Shown here in pieces: positions 9,922 to 19,224 of a DNA stretch of 59,155 nt. Under the pieces are notes generated by a model, which was given only the letters and a program-made list of their open reading frames with translations, was not told the DNA's origin and made no database searches. A program made the position numbers and the translations under genes. Position 1 is the stretch's first letter; each line of letters opens with the position of its first letter. Source of the DNA: Bacteroidota bacterium (GTDB taxonomy: Bacteria > Bacteroidota > Bacteroidia > JABEUT01); NCBI GenBank assembly GCA_013285805.1, contig JABDGY010000004.1, forward strand, positions 1-59,155, written 5' to 3'.

Positions 9922-10995
9922 TTATTTGGGCCAGCTATAGGCATCGTTCCATTTATAGAAATCGTCTATATCCTGCTTGTGGTCCTTAATCCACTGGGCC
10001 GCAACTTTAGCATCTGCTTCGGTGTCGCTGGAAAGATAAATAATGTATGCCAGCGTTTTTGTAAACTGCTTGTCGTGCATTTCTAAAAAGTAGGGCACAT
10101 AAAAATCCCAGTAAAAACCTTTGCCGTCTTTTTGTGTCTCCTTCAGCGATGAACACATAATATCCAATGTATTGGCCAGCTTTTCAGGCTCGGTTAATTT
10201 AGCCAGGGTGTCATTCGACATCTGCAATGCGCCCGACATGCCCAATATGAGTTCGGTCGATGAAAAATTATTCTCGGCTTTTTTACCTTTCTTATTGTCA
10301 AGGTCGGCTGGGTCAACATTAATGGTAATGGTATTGTCGCCTGTTTTTTCAGCTCCGCCAGCCGCTATTTTGCCTACATATTTAAAATCATCCGATGCGC
10401 GTTTTGAACCCGGGGACAGTACATAAAACCTGCAAAAAGCCATGAGGGAAGGCACATTATGTTTCTGCACAAGCAGTATGCGGCCCAGTGCATTCTGCGA
10501 ACCGGCATGGGCAGGGTTTAGCTTAGCCGATTTCTGGAAACATTCCAGCGATTCATCAAGCTTATCGTTGCTGGCCAGGCACACACCTTTGTTAAAATAG
10601 CATAGGTAATTATCGGGCGTGGCCTTAATGGCTTTATCGTACTCTTTAATGGCATCGTCGGGCTTATGTTGTGCATCAAGTACGTTGGCATAAGTAAGGT
10701 GCACCATTCCAATCAGTTTATCGTCTTTATGGTTTTTAATTATGTCTTTACAAAGGTCCTCGGCCTTAAAGTTTTCCCCCGAATAAAAAAGAGTTTGCGC
10801 TTTTTCGGCCATAGCTTCCACATTATCCTTGTCAATAGCAAGGGCGGCATCATACTTGGCAATAGCTCCTTTAAAATCGCCGCTGTCGGTCAGGTCGTCG
10901 CCATCCTTAATAAGTTGTGTAACCTTGCCTGCATCTTGTGCATACAGGTTGGTAGTGAACAGGCTAATACATAGCAGTAAGAGTAGTTTTTTCAT
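9922..10995 (-). CDS. Secreted TPR-repeat protein with a C-terminal uncharacterised domain
   Basis: It has a signal peptide (LLLLCISLFTTNLYAQ). N-terminal TPR units are present (AIAKYDAALAIDKDNVEA.., AIKEYDKAIKATPDNYLCYFNKGVCL.., ECFQKSAKLNPAHAGSQNALG). Confidence 0.75.
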   Translation of the reverse strand: MKKLLLLLCISLFTTNLYAQDAGKVTQLIKDGDDLTDSGDFKGAIAKYDAALAIDKDNVEAMAEKAQTLFYSGENFKAEDLCKDIIKNHKDDKLIGMVHLTYANVLDAQHKPDDAIKEYDKAIKATPDNYLCYFNKGVCLASNDKLDESLECFQKSAKLNPAHAGSQNALGRILLVQKHNVPSLMAFCRFYVLSPGSKRASDDFKYVGKIAAGGAEKTGDNTITINVDPADLDNKKGKKAENNFSSTELILGMSGALQMSNDTLAKLTEPEKLANTLDIMCSSLKETQKDGKGFYWDFYVPYFLEMHDKQFTKTLAYIIYLSSDTEADAKVAAQWIKDHKQDIDDFYKWNDAYSWPK

Positions 10996-11041
10996 GGTGG
11001 CGGGTTTATTAATAATTATAAAGATAAGTAAATAAGTTCAA

Positions 11042-13228
11042 CTATACCCGTATTCCGATTATAAGCACATCATCAACTTGTTCAAGGCTACCTTTCCATT
11101 TATCAAACTCAGTTTCTAATTCCTTTTTCTGCTCAACCATTGGCCTGTTGCTGATAGCCAGCAGCTTTTCCTGCAGTTGCTTGTATTTAAATTTTTTGCC
11201 TTTAGGCCCGCCAAACTGGTCGGCATACCCATCGGTAAACAGGTACAGTATATCGCCTTTTTTTAAACTTAATTTGTGCGTGGAAAACTGTTTAGGGTTA
11301 TCTGTTTTACCTATGGGTTGTTTATCGGGTTCCACTTCAATAATGCCTTCGCCTGCAGGAATAATCCATAATGGGTTATAGGCTCCTGCCCAGCTAATGG
11401 CTAATTGCTTTTGGCTAATAGCTACTAATGATATATCCATACCATCCTTCACTTCACTTTCACTTTTATCTCCGAATGGATCCCTATGGGAGAATGTCTC
11501 CAATACAAGTTCCCTTACTTTATCAAGTATTTTACCCGGTTCAGTAATTTTAAATTCCTTCACGGTCCTGTTCAGTGCATTTGAACAAACAACACTTACC
11601 AAAGCGCCAGGAACACCGTGGCCGGTACAGTCGCATGCTGCAATAAGAATAATCTGTTCAGGCATTTCTCCCGACGAAGAATGCCGGGATGTCGTTTCAC
11701 TCCACATCCAGTAAAAATCGCCTGCAACAATATCCTTTGGCTTATACATAACAAACGAATCGGGCAGGTAGGTTTTAATAATGTTCAAAGGCGGCAGTAT
11801 AGCATCCTGTAATCGCTTGGCGTAAATAATAGAATCGAGCACTTCCTTGTTTTTCTCTTCTACTATGGCTTTCTGCCGTTCAATAAGTTCGTTCTGCTTT
11901 TCTACTTCTTCCTTTTGTTTGCTTATTATTATTGTTTTGCGCCTGTTCTGCTGCAAACTACGTGCAATAAAAAAAGCAAAAACAATAACCAGCGCCAGTA
12001 TTCCGCTTATAAAATATATGGTTATACGCTGCTTGCGCGCCTCTACATCGTTCTTTATTTTTATCTTCTCCTCTTCAGCTCTTTGCGCATCCTGTTTTTT
12101 TTCAAACTCGTAATTCATTTCAGCCTCTACCACCTGTTTGGTATTCTCTTCATTCTTCAGGCTGTCGTGCCACTGACGGGCTTTTTCGTAGTTAGCCAGC
12201 GCGCTTTTATAATTCCCCATGCCGCTATCGGCAACTGCCATACACATATAGCCCTCTTCAATATAGTCTTTACTTCCCGATGCCAGCGACTGCATAAGTA
12301 TGGTATCGGCATATATCCTGCCTTTTGCATACTGTTTCATTAAATTATAAATGGTGGAATAGTTAATGAATACCGATTCAAGCCCCCGTTTATAGCCAAC
12401 CTTGCGTTTCAGCACCAATGATTTCCCGACATAATCAAGCGCTTCGTTGTAATTGCCCTTATCCATATATATTTCACCTATGTTGTTATAGGCAATGGCC
12501 ACACCTTCCTGGTCATCGGCCTTCTGTTCCAACTCAATAGTCTTTTTAAAATCATTCAGGGCCTCATCATAATTCTTCATTTTTACATGTATGCCTCCAA
12601 TGTTATTAAGGCTGGCTGTAATGTTGAATTTTTCTTTCACCAATACACTTATATCATAAGCCCTTTGTTCCGTTTTAAGGGCTTCAGCAAAGCGGCCCTG
12701 TTCAGAATATACATTGCCCAGGTTAACAAGGGCAGTTGTCATTCCGACAGAATCTTTCATGTCCTCGCGAATTTTAAGCGCGTTAAGGTTAGCCTGCAAT
12801 GACTGTGGCAGGTTAGCCTGGCGGAAATAAGTAAGCCCTATGCGTGTGTAAAGTGTGGCGGCCTGGCTACTGTCTTTAAGGTTGAGGGATACATTAAGGC
12901 CCATAATAAAATTGCGCAGGGCATCGGCATATTTCAACTTTGAATAGTAAACATTACCAATGCATTTAAATGCTGCAGGTTCGCCAGCCAGGTAATTGAT
13001 ACGGCCACACAGGTCAAGGGCATCAATACCATATTGCATGGCTTTATCTTTCTGGCCCGCCTTATACGTTTTGTCGCTAAGCAACGTAAGTGTGTTTACT
13101 TTGTTGCTGTCATTTTTTTCAACAGCCAGCCTTGTGGTAAGCGAATCTATTATATGTGCCAACGGGCTTTGCGCCCCGGCAATAGAACAGGTAAAAATAA
13201 AGCACACAAAAAGCACTTTGCGAAGCAT
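11042..13228 (-). CDS. TPR sensor - transmembrane - PP2C/SpoIIE-family protein phosphatase
   Basis: The protein has a signal peptide, about 8 TPR units, a coiled coil, one TM helix (ITIYFISGILALVIVFAFFIA) and a PP2C/SpoIIE domain. Domain motifs: DIVAGDFYW, CDCTGHGVPGALVS, DGMDISL, LFTDGYADQFGG, DDVLIIGIRV. It is a paralogue of 29028..31031. Confidence 0.85.
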   Translation of the reverse strand: MLRKVLFVCFIFTCSIAGAQSPLAHIIDSLTTRLAVEKNDSNKVNTLTLLSDKTYKAGQKDKAMQYGIDALDLCGRINYLAGEPAAFKCIGNVYYSKLKYADALRNFIMGLNVSLNLKDSSQAATLYTRIGLTYFRQANLPQSLQANLNALKIREDMKDSVGMTTALVNLGNVYSEQGRFAEALKTEQRAYDISVLVKEKFNITASLNNIGGIHVKMKNYDEALNDFKKTIELEQKADDQEGVAIAYNNIGEIYMDKGNYNEALDYVGKSLVLKRKVGYKRGLESVFINYSTIYNLMKQYAKGRIYADTILMQSLASGSKDYIEEGYMCMAVADSGMGNYKSALANYEKARQWHDSLKNEENTKQVVEAEMNYEFEKKQDAQRAEEEKIKIKNDVEARKQRITIYFISGILALVIVFAFFIARSLQQNRRKTIIISKQKEEVEKQNELIERQKAIVEEKNKEVLDSIIYAKRLQDAILPPLNIIKTYLPDSFVMYKPKDIVAGDFYWMWSETTSRHSSSGEMPEQIILIAACDCTGHGVPGALVSVVCSNALNRTVKEFKITEPGKILDKVRELVLETFSHRDPFGDKSESEVKDGMDISLVAISQKQLAISWAGAYNPLWIIPAGEGIIEVEPDKQPIGKTDNPKQFSTHKLSLKKGDILYLFTDGYADQFGGPKGKKFKYKQLQEKLLAISNRPMVEQKKELETEFDKWKGSLEQVDDVLIIGIRV

Positions 13229-13297
13229 GGCAGTTTTATACTGATTTACAGTATAAAAATAGCAATTTTAAATAGTTACGGATTATATATAGGTGTT

Positions 13298-14569
13298 CTA
13301 CCTCTGCAGAATTAGCTTTCCGCTGCTTATGGATTCACCCTTTCCTGAGGTAATGCGATATAGGTAAATGCCGGCCGGCTGACCGCTAATATCAATTTTT
13401 ATTGAGCTATTAGCTAATGGCCATTGGCTGTTAGCTATTTGCTGGCCTAATACATTATAAACCTCAAGTCGGCTATTAGCTAATAGCCATTGGCTACTAG
13501 CTTGTAGAATAAATACACCGTTGCCCGGGTTAGGATAAACAGTTACAGAATTTGATGAAGAGAGTTCATTAATGCCTGCAGGGTTGGGTGTCCATTGGGC
13601 TATGTTATGGGCGGCAATACCACCCGTGCTGGTAAAATCACCGCCTACATATAATACACTGTCGTATGCTGCAAGGCAGGTAACATTGTTATTTACCCCA
13701 TTGCCTAATGCGCTCCATGCCGAACCGTTCCATGCGGCTATGTAATTGGCGGGTTTACCGCCGGCACTGTCAAATTCCCCGCCCACAATTAGCTGGCCAT
13801 TAAATACAGTCATGGTAAGGACAATAAAATTTACACCACCGCCAACAGGGGCCCAGTTTGTATCGTTCCATACTGCAATATTGCTTGCATATTTACCACC
13901 TGCACTGTCGAAAAAGCCCGCGGCGTATAGCTCTCCATTATACGTAGTAAGGGCGTATATAGAGCCGTTTATGCCACTGCCCACAGTTTCCCACGATGTG
14001 TCGCCCCGCATAGCTATATTATTGGCAACACCGCTTGCCTGGGCAAAATTGCCCCCGGCGTAAAGCGAGCCATTGTAAACTGCAAATGCATATACACTGT
14101 TTATGGCTCCTTTGTCGGCTACCGTCCAGCCATGGCCGGCCCATACTTCAAAGTCAGAAAGGCCACCTGAGTAAAGGTTACCGTTATATTCAACCAATGC
14201 ATTAGTTCCCAGCGTACCGCCGCCCATAGCGTTCCATGCAGTGTCGCCCCATTCGGCAACATTTTGTATAGGAGTACTAAGTGCCCCGCCAATAATTAGG
14301 TTGTTGTTATATATTATAGATGTATTTGCCGATGCGCCCGCTAATCCCGATGTGGTTACCCATGAAGAACCGCTCCATTCAAGCACAGTGGCACGGGGCG
14401 AACAGGCAACCAGGTTACTTACGCCTGCGAATAGTTGGCCATTGTAAATACCCAGGAAAGTGGCATTACCCGGTGCATAGGTTTGCGTACCCACAGCCGA
14501 CCATGTTTGCCCAATCGCTAAGTAAGAAGTAAAAAGTAATAAGTAAAAACTGAGGTATACTTTTCTCAT
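13298..14569 (-). CDS. Secreted beta-propeller (Kelch-like) protein with a T9SS type A CTD
   Basis: It has a signal peptide and repeated blades (IAVWNDTNWAPVGGG, IAAWNGSAWSALGNG, VAEWGDTAWNAMGGG). The CTD reads VTVYPNPGNGVFILQ..VYNVLGQQ..AGIYLYRI. It is a paralogue of 7677..8978. Confidence 0.8.
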   Translation of the reverse strand: MRKVYLSFYLLLFTSYLAIGQTWSAVGTQTYAPGNATFLGIYNGQLFAGVSNLVACSPRATVLEWSGSSWVTTSGLAGASANTSIIYNNNLIIGGALSTPIQNVAEWGDTAWNAMGGGTLGTNALVEYNGNLYSGGLSDFEVWAGHGWTVADKGAINSVYAFAVYNGSLYAGGNFAQASGVANNIAMRGDTSWETVGSGINGSIYALTTYNGELYAAGFFDSAGGKYASNIAVWNDTNWAPVGGGVNFIVLTMTVFNGQLIVGGEFDSAGGKPANYIAAWNGSAWSALGNGVNNNVTCLAAYDSVLYVGGDFTSTGGIAAHNIAQWTPNPAGINELSSSNSVTVYPNPGNGVFILQASSQWLLANSRLEVYNVLGQQIANSQWPLANSSIKIDISGQPAGIYLYRITSGKGESISSGKLILQR

Positions 14570-14703
14570 AGAACAAATGTAGTGATTCCGGCAAACAAAA
14601 CCTAATTGCCCTCTCCATTTATCAGAGAGTGGTAGGGGGAGCGTAGTTCTTCATGATAAACTCATTATGAGTAAAGAAATTTGAATATAAATTAATAACT
14701 GTC

Positions 14704-15168
14704 ATGAAAAAATCACTCATTTTACTTTTGTTCGGATGTTTGCCCTTCGCGGGTTTCAGCCAGTCGAATAATAAGCCCATTGAAACAGTAAAAACCAAAC
14801 CTGCGAAATCGATTGAAGTTAAGGCAGGGACTACCGCTAAATCAAATCCTAAAGAAACCAAAGCACCAACTACTAAGAAGCCGGTTACAAAAACAGGGAA
14901 TAGTACAACTGTCACAAAAGGGGGTAAGGGAGGAGGAAGTGTACATATTCACTATACCTTCCGGTGTCCGAGGGCAGGTTGCGAAAGGGAAAGAGAGTAT
15001 GATGATTTCTACAACTTTAAGGATGAAGAGAATTTGAGGAAAATAGTGGATCTGGCTCATTGGAAATGTAATTCAATGGCCGATACAATGAAATGCCCTA
15101 AACATGGCGTTAAGTTTGAAGGTTCACTTACCTACGATAAAACCTATAATAAAACCTATTATAAGTAG
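14704..15168 (+). CDS. Small secreted protein: K/T/P-rich linker plus a Cys-containing C-terminal domain
   Basis: It has a signal peptide (LLLFGCLPFAGFSQ), a low-complexity KPxxT region, then RCPRAGCERE..HWKCNSMADTMKCPKHG. I recognised no family. Confidence 0.5.
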   Translation: MKKSLILLLFGCLPFAGFSQSNNKPIETVKTKPAKSIEVKAGTTAKSNPKETKAPTTKKPVTKTGNSTTVTKGGKGGGSVHIHYTFRCPRAGCEREREYDDFYNFKDEENLRKIVDLAHWKCNSMADTMKCPKHGVKFEGSLTYDKTYNKTYYK

Positions 15169-15212
15169 TGCAATAAATCTGTACATTTGGCGTTAGTAGG
15201 CATATTTTAAAT

Positions 15213-16187
15213 ATGAAGCTAAGAACGACCATACTTTTATTATTTTTTATTACAGCCTCGCTGCTTAAAGCGCAGGATACCACGCACGCCGTTCAGCCTG
15301 TGGCTGATACTGCAAAGTCGGCTAAAGTGCAGCCTACGGCAGACACGACAAAACTTCAGAAGAAAGAAAAACACAAGCACAAACATTCAGCTGACAGCAC
15401 TAAGGCGCAAACTACCCCAACCGGCCCGACACAATGGACCAATAAGCCTGCAAAAGATACCCTGAAAGATACAGCTAAAAAACTGCGAGTAATTAAATAT
15501 TATCAGACTACCGGTTATGCGGCATATAATATAGGGTATGGTTTCCCAGAGGGTGATTTTGGTAGTGTGGCTTGTGTTTCCAAAGGTAGTTACCGGGCTA
15601 TAAGTGTTGGGTTGCCTGTTCCTAAAAAACGATTGGGCATAGCGGCACAGGTATTGGTGGGCACTAATCCGGTAAATACTGCCGAATTAATTAATCACGA
15701 TTATGGCCTTATGGCCGATGAGAACCTGAAATTCTCGATGGGTAACACCCCTGATAACTATACCTATAAAGCAATGATGACAGGCCTTTACTGGACGTTC
15801 CCTTTTTCGAAGTTTAAACTTGAGAATAAGCTTTCAATTGATGCCCGCGTTATGCTGGGTTGCATGTTTGCCACCGTTCCTGAAACCGATGTGAATGTGA
15901 ATAATACAATTTGGGGCGTTGCTACATCGGGCACTATTACCAATAATGAGGCATCGGGTTCATCTCTCAGTTTCGATATGGGCTTTGGCATACGCTACCT
16001 GGTTATGCCTCATATAACAGTTACCTACAATATCGATTATTATTATGCTAATCCTAAGTTCCAGGCGGTTTCAAGTTCTGTGAACGATAATTCGGGTTAT
16101 CTTTCTCAGAATTCGCCTGTAGTACAGAATTCAAACCAGCATTTCGCCTTGCTTAATATGGGCATTGGCCTGGGCTGGGCGTTCTAA
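15213..16187 (+). CDS. Putative outer-membrane beta-barrel protein with a low-complexity N-terminal region
   Basis: It has a signal peptide (LLFFITASLLKAQ) and an AKxxQPxADT repeat region. Alternating amphipathic strands follow, with a terminal aromatic residue (..MGIGLGWAF), as expected for an OM barrel. Confidence 0.6.
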   Translation: MKLRTTILLLFFITASLLKAQDTTHAVQPVADTAKSAKVQPTADTTKLQKKEKHKHKHSADSTKAQTTPTGPTQWTNKPAKDTLKDTAKKLRVIKYYQTTGYAAYNIGYGFPEGDFGSVACVSKGSYRAISVGLPVPKKRLGIAAQVLVGTNPVNTAELINHDYGLMADENLKFSMGNTPDNYTYKAMMTGLYWTFPFSKFKLENKLSIDARVMLGCMFATVPETDVNVNNTIWGVATSGTITNNEASGSSLSFDMGFGIRYLVMPHITVTYNIDYYYANPKFQAVSSSVNDNSGYLSQNSPVVQNSNQHFALLNMGIGLGWAF

Positions 16188-16222
16188 AATAGTGCGGAGA
16201 GCGAAGAAAGAGTCTGTTTCAT
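16184..16222 (-). pseudogene. 12-codon relic of the 5' end of a third propeller paralogue
   Basis: The minus strand reads atgaaacagactctttcttcgctctccgcactattttag (MKQTLSSLSALF*). This mirrors the MKHTLSIF.. starts of the two upstream paralogues. It is preceded by the same junction, cattgcggcaatttta, that is found at 17605-17620. Confidence 0.45.
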
Positions 16223-17607
16223 TGCGGCAATTTTACTTTCAGCAGGGTTGAGGTGGCTTTATCTAAAATATAAGCAATTCCACTGGCATCATCACTCCAT
16301 AAAATACTGTATTCTGCCTTTTGCACTACAAAATCATTAGGGTTATCGCGGTTTATAAAGTAGGTATACTGGGTTGACGATTTTTTAGCAAATACTTTGT
16401 CTTCCATATTAACTACCAGGAAGTTTTTAAAAAGATGTAAATCATAGAAGGGGTAATCCACATCATGGTCATAGCTCCTTGTCCAATTCACAACCCCGGT
16501 TTTTTCATTAATGCATACAAGCGATGAGCTGCCATTAAGTACAAATGCGTTTCTGCCATCGGCATCAAGCGTAGTATAGGTACTTTTAAGCTGAATGCTT
16601 CTGTCCTGGAAAACCTCCTGGCTTATGGCCCACTTTCGTTTAAATGTTTTTATGTCATAGGCATATAATGAGTCGTTGCGGTTAAATATGGTTGAAGAAT
16701 CGGGTATATTGGTAAAGAGATTTACACTTTGGTCAAAACCCACGTTCAATGTACGAATCTCTTTCCCCGTTTTCCTGTCTACAGATACCAGAAAATAGAT
16801 CAGGTTCGACATGTTTTCTTCTGAAAGGAGCAGCCCATTTTCATTGTTACTTAAAAAACTATAATTGGTCAGGGCCGATTTTTCAAATGGTTTGTATCTC
16901 CATAGTATTTTCAGGCCAGGGATGTTAAAACATGTAATGCCGTTATCAAGCGATATGGCAGTGTCTCCATACTGTGCATCGGGATGGTATTCGCATTGGG
17001 CTGCAATTATTATTTTGCCGTTTCGTGTATCTATTCCCACTAACGACTGCGGAGGCTCCTCAGTATATTTTTCTAAGCGGTTCGATGTTGTACCATCACT
17101 ATTTGTTACCTTTTTCATAAGGTATTGGGGTTGGCAGCTGAAATAAAGAAAGTTGCCTGTGAAGTACGATTCATAATACCTATACATTGCTCCGCCACCG
17201 GGCTTGTCGGCCTTAAGCGCCGAGTCTATATTTACGGTCCATGTGGGTTTTCCCGTATATATGTTATAGCCCGTTATATTGCGTTCGCTCTCGCTTATCA
17301 TAGTACCGTTTTCATAAAAGGTATAATATTTGTTCGCAGGCGTTTTGCGAATCACTTTTCCTGTTTTCGCTGAGAAAACCATTACTTCTCTCTTTTGTCC
17401 CTTATTTACCTGGCTTTTATAAAGCACTACAAGGCTGTCGCACAAATGAATATCGGCGCGCCATATTTCAAGGCTATCGAGCTCAGGAGAACAATATTTC
17501 CATAAAGGGTTTTGTATGGCATTGAAACAATCTTGTGCAGTTGGCTGCTGGGCTGAAGCACAGAGAAAGAGGAACAGAGCGGAGAATATAGAAAGAGTGT
17601 GTTTCAT
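16219..17607 (-). CDS. Secreted PQQ-like/BamB-like beta-propeller repeat protein (tandem paralogue 1)
   Basis: It has a signal peptide (MKHTLSIFSALFLFLCASAQ). Motifs of the form ..G(K/T)..W recur about every 40 aa (TGKPTWTV, GLKILWRY, KRKWAIS, TGVVNWTR). The family call is by eye. Confidence 0.7.
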   Translation of the reverse strand: MKHTLSIFSALFLFLCASAQQPTAQDCFNAIQNPLWKYCSPELDSLEIWRADIHLCDSLVVLYKSQVNKGQKREVMVFSAKTGKVIRKTPANKYYTFYENGTMISESERNITGYNIYTGKPTWTVNIDSALKADKPGGGAMYRYYESYFTGNFLYFSCQPQYLMKKVTNSDGTTSNRLEKYTEEPPQSLVGIDTRNGKIIIAAQCEYHPDAQYGDTAISLDNGITCFNIPGLKILWRYKPFEKSALTNYSFLSNNENGLLLSEENMSNLIYFLVSVDRKTGKEIRTLNVGFDQSVNLFTNIPDSSTIFNRNDSLYAYDIKTFKRKWAISQEVFQDRSIQLKSTYTTLDADGRNAFVLNGSSSLVCINEKTGVVNWTRSYDHDVDYPFYDLHLFKNFLVVNMEDKVFAKKSSTQYTYFINRDNPNDFVVQKAEYSILWSDDASGIAYILDKATSTLLKVKLPQ

Positions 17608-17617
17608 TGCGGCAATT

Positions 17618-19105
17618 TTAAAATCCTCTAATACATCTTAATCTGGTTGAGCTGCTAAAGAACACTATGTCCCCTTCACGGGAGAATCGAAATAAATCAT
17701 CTTTGATTTTTAATATCGCCCTGCGGTTGGTATCGTTTTTATCAATAATAATAAGGTTTGTATTAATACAGTCGCCTTTACGGTTGAAATGAGGATTACT
17801 TAGTAGAATAAAATTGTTGGTTGAGATTACCCTGTCAATCAGGGTATGAAGGTTTATCTTATATATAAGATGTCCTTTATCTTGGCTATAGCAAAATAAT
17901 ATACTATCTATAGAAATATAGTAGTGGTTGCTATCGTCAACATTAATATACATATGTTCTTCGCCGAAACGGGAAGTGTTAATTTTTACAGGACTCACAG
18001 GTAAATCTACTTTCCATTCCTCTTTACATTTTCTTAGGTTAATCTTAGCAATTGTATAAGTACAAGTTGAGTCAGATGAACTGTAGTTACGGTTTATGGT
18101 ATAAAGAAAGCTGTCACCCGTACCTGCATAACGGAAATCGTAAGCTGGAAATGCAGCAAGTATCTTGCCGGTTCTAAAGTTTATTTCATTTAGAGTAGCA
18201 GTTTTTGTGAAGGAAACAAAACCTATTTTAGCTGGTTCACCGCTGAAGCTAAATACAGTATCGCCAAATGGAATCAACGCATGAGCCCTTGATAATTTTA
18301 TGGAATCAGGATTGAATACATTATCATTATCTGTCAGGGGTTTATGTGGGTCAAGCCGTTTGGCTACCAATGAATCCTGCCTGCACTTTAAAGGATAGTA
18401 TGCATTACCCCATGTTTCTTTTACAGCAGCAGGGCCACCCCACAATTCTTTTTCGGTTGTTAAATTATACCAACCAAAACTTAATCCTGAAGAATATGAC
18501 AATATCCTATTGTTTCCTATAAATGAAAGACTGCAATTAAGATATGGGAAATAAATATGCTTTATTATATTCCCGGTATTCGCTTTTAGTTCAAAATAAT
18601 TGCTTCCAATATCATCTGTATTTTTTGTCTCTAAAGTGTCTGATATCATGTAAACAGTAGAATCTCTTATGAAAACATTATCGATATTAAAACTATTCCC
18701 GGGTTTTCTGAAAACCCAAACTCTTTTTCCTGTTGCAGGATTAATGCAAATTAGACTATCTGATAAAGCAAAATAAAGTTTATTATACTGCGTTTCAAAT
18801 GTACAATCTTCAGTGGTGTAATTATAGGGCGAAATCCAGGTAAGTTTACCATTTTTATTATTGAATGCCATTGCACGGGCTGATCCTACAACATTGGATA
18901 AAAAACGGATTTTATAGACATAAACAACACATGCGCTATCCTCTACTTGTAATGACTGTGGCCCTATACCGCTCCAAGTAGTATTACCTTTTATTTTCCA
19001 TAAAGGCTTATTATAACTCTTTACAAAATCTTCGGGCGTTGGCCGCTGTGCGAATGTTCCGAAAAACAGGAACAGGCCAAAAAATATAGAAAGAGTGTGT
19101 TTCAT
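17618..19105 (-). CDS. Secreted PQQ-like/BamB-like beta-propeller repeat protein (tandem paralogue 2)
   Basis: Its signal peptide (MKHTLSIFFGLFLFFGTFAQ) shares a 23-nt exact 5' end (aatatagaaagagtgtgtttcat on the plus strand) with paralogue 1. Repeats include NGKLTWIS, TGKRVWVF, EKELWGG and KEEWKV. Confidence 0.7.
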   Translation of the reverse strand: MKHTLSIFFGLFLFFGTFAQRPTPEDFVKSYNKPLWKIKGNTTWSGIGPQSLQVEDSACVVYVYKIRFLSNVVGSARAMAFNNKNGKLTWISPYNYTTEDCTFETQYNKLYFALSDSLICINPATGKRVWVFRKPGNSFNIDNVFIRDSTVYMISDTLETKNTDDIGSNYFELKANTGNIIKHIYFPYLNCSLSFIGNNRILSYSSGLSFGWYNLTTEKELWGGPAAVKETWGNAYYPLKCRQDSLVAKRLDPHKPLTDNDNVFNPDSIKLSRAHALIPFGDTVFSFSGEPAKIGFVSFTKTATLNEINFRTGKILAAFPAYDFRYAGTGDSFLYTINRNYSSSDSTCTYTIAKINLRKCKEEWKVDLPVSPVKINTSRFGEEHMYINVDDSNHYYISIDSILFCYSQDKGHLIYKINLHTLIDRVISTNNFILLSNPHFNRKGDCINTNLIIIDKNDTNRRAILKIKDDLFRFSREGDIVFFSSSTRLRCIRGF

Positions 19106-19224
19106 TCAGACAAATATAATCGTAACTGTCTTTAAGAAAACGTTTGGCAAGGGTGGGTTAGTATGCTAGCAATAAATTAGTAGCTTTGTTTTACTGCCCC
19201 CTACCATTAACGGGCAGATACATT

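Noticed and set aside
19186-19224. TTG-initiated 13-codon N-terminal extension of the patatin gene given by the ORF track.
   Set aside because: The extension (FYCPLPLTGRYI) has no similarity to patatin N-termini. The ATG at 19225 is followed immediately by the glycine-rich patatin block.
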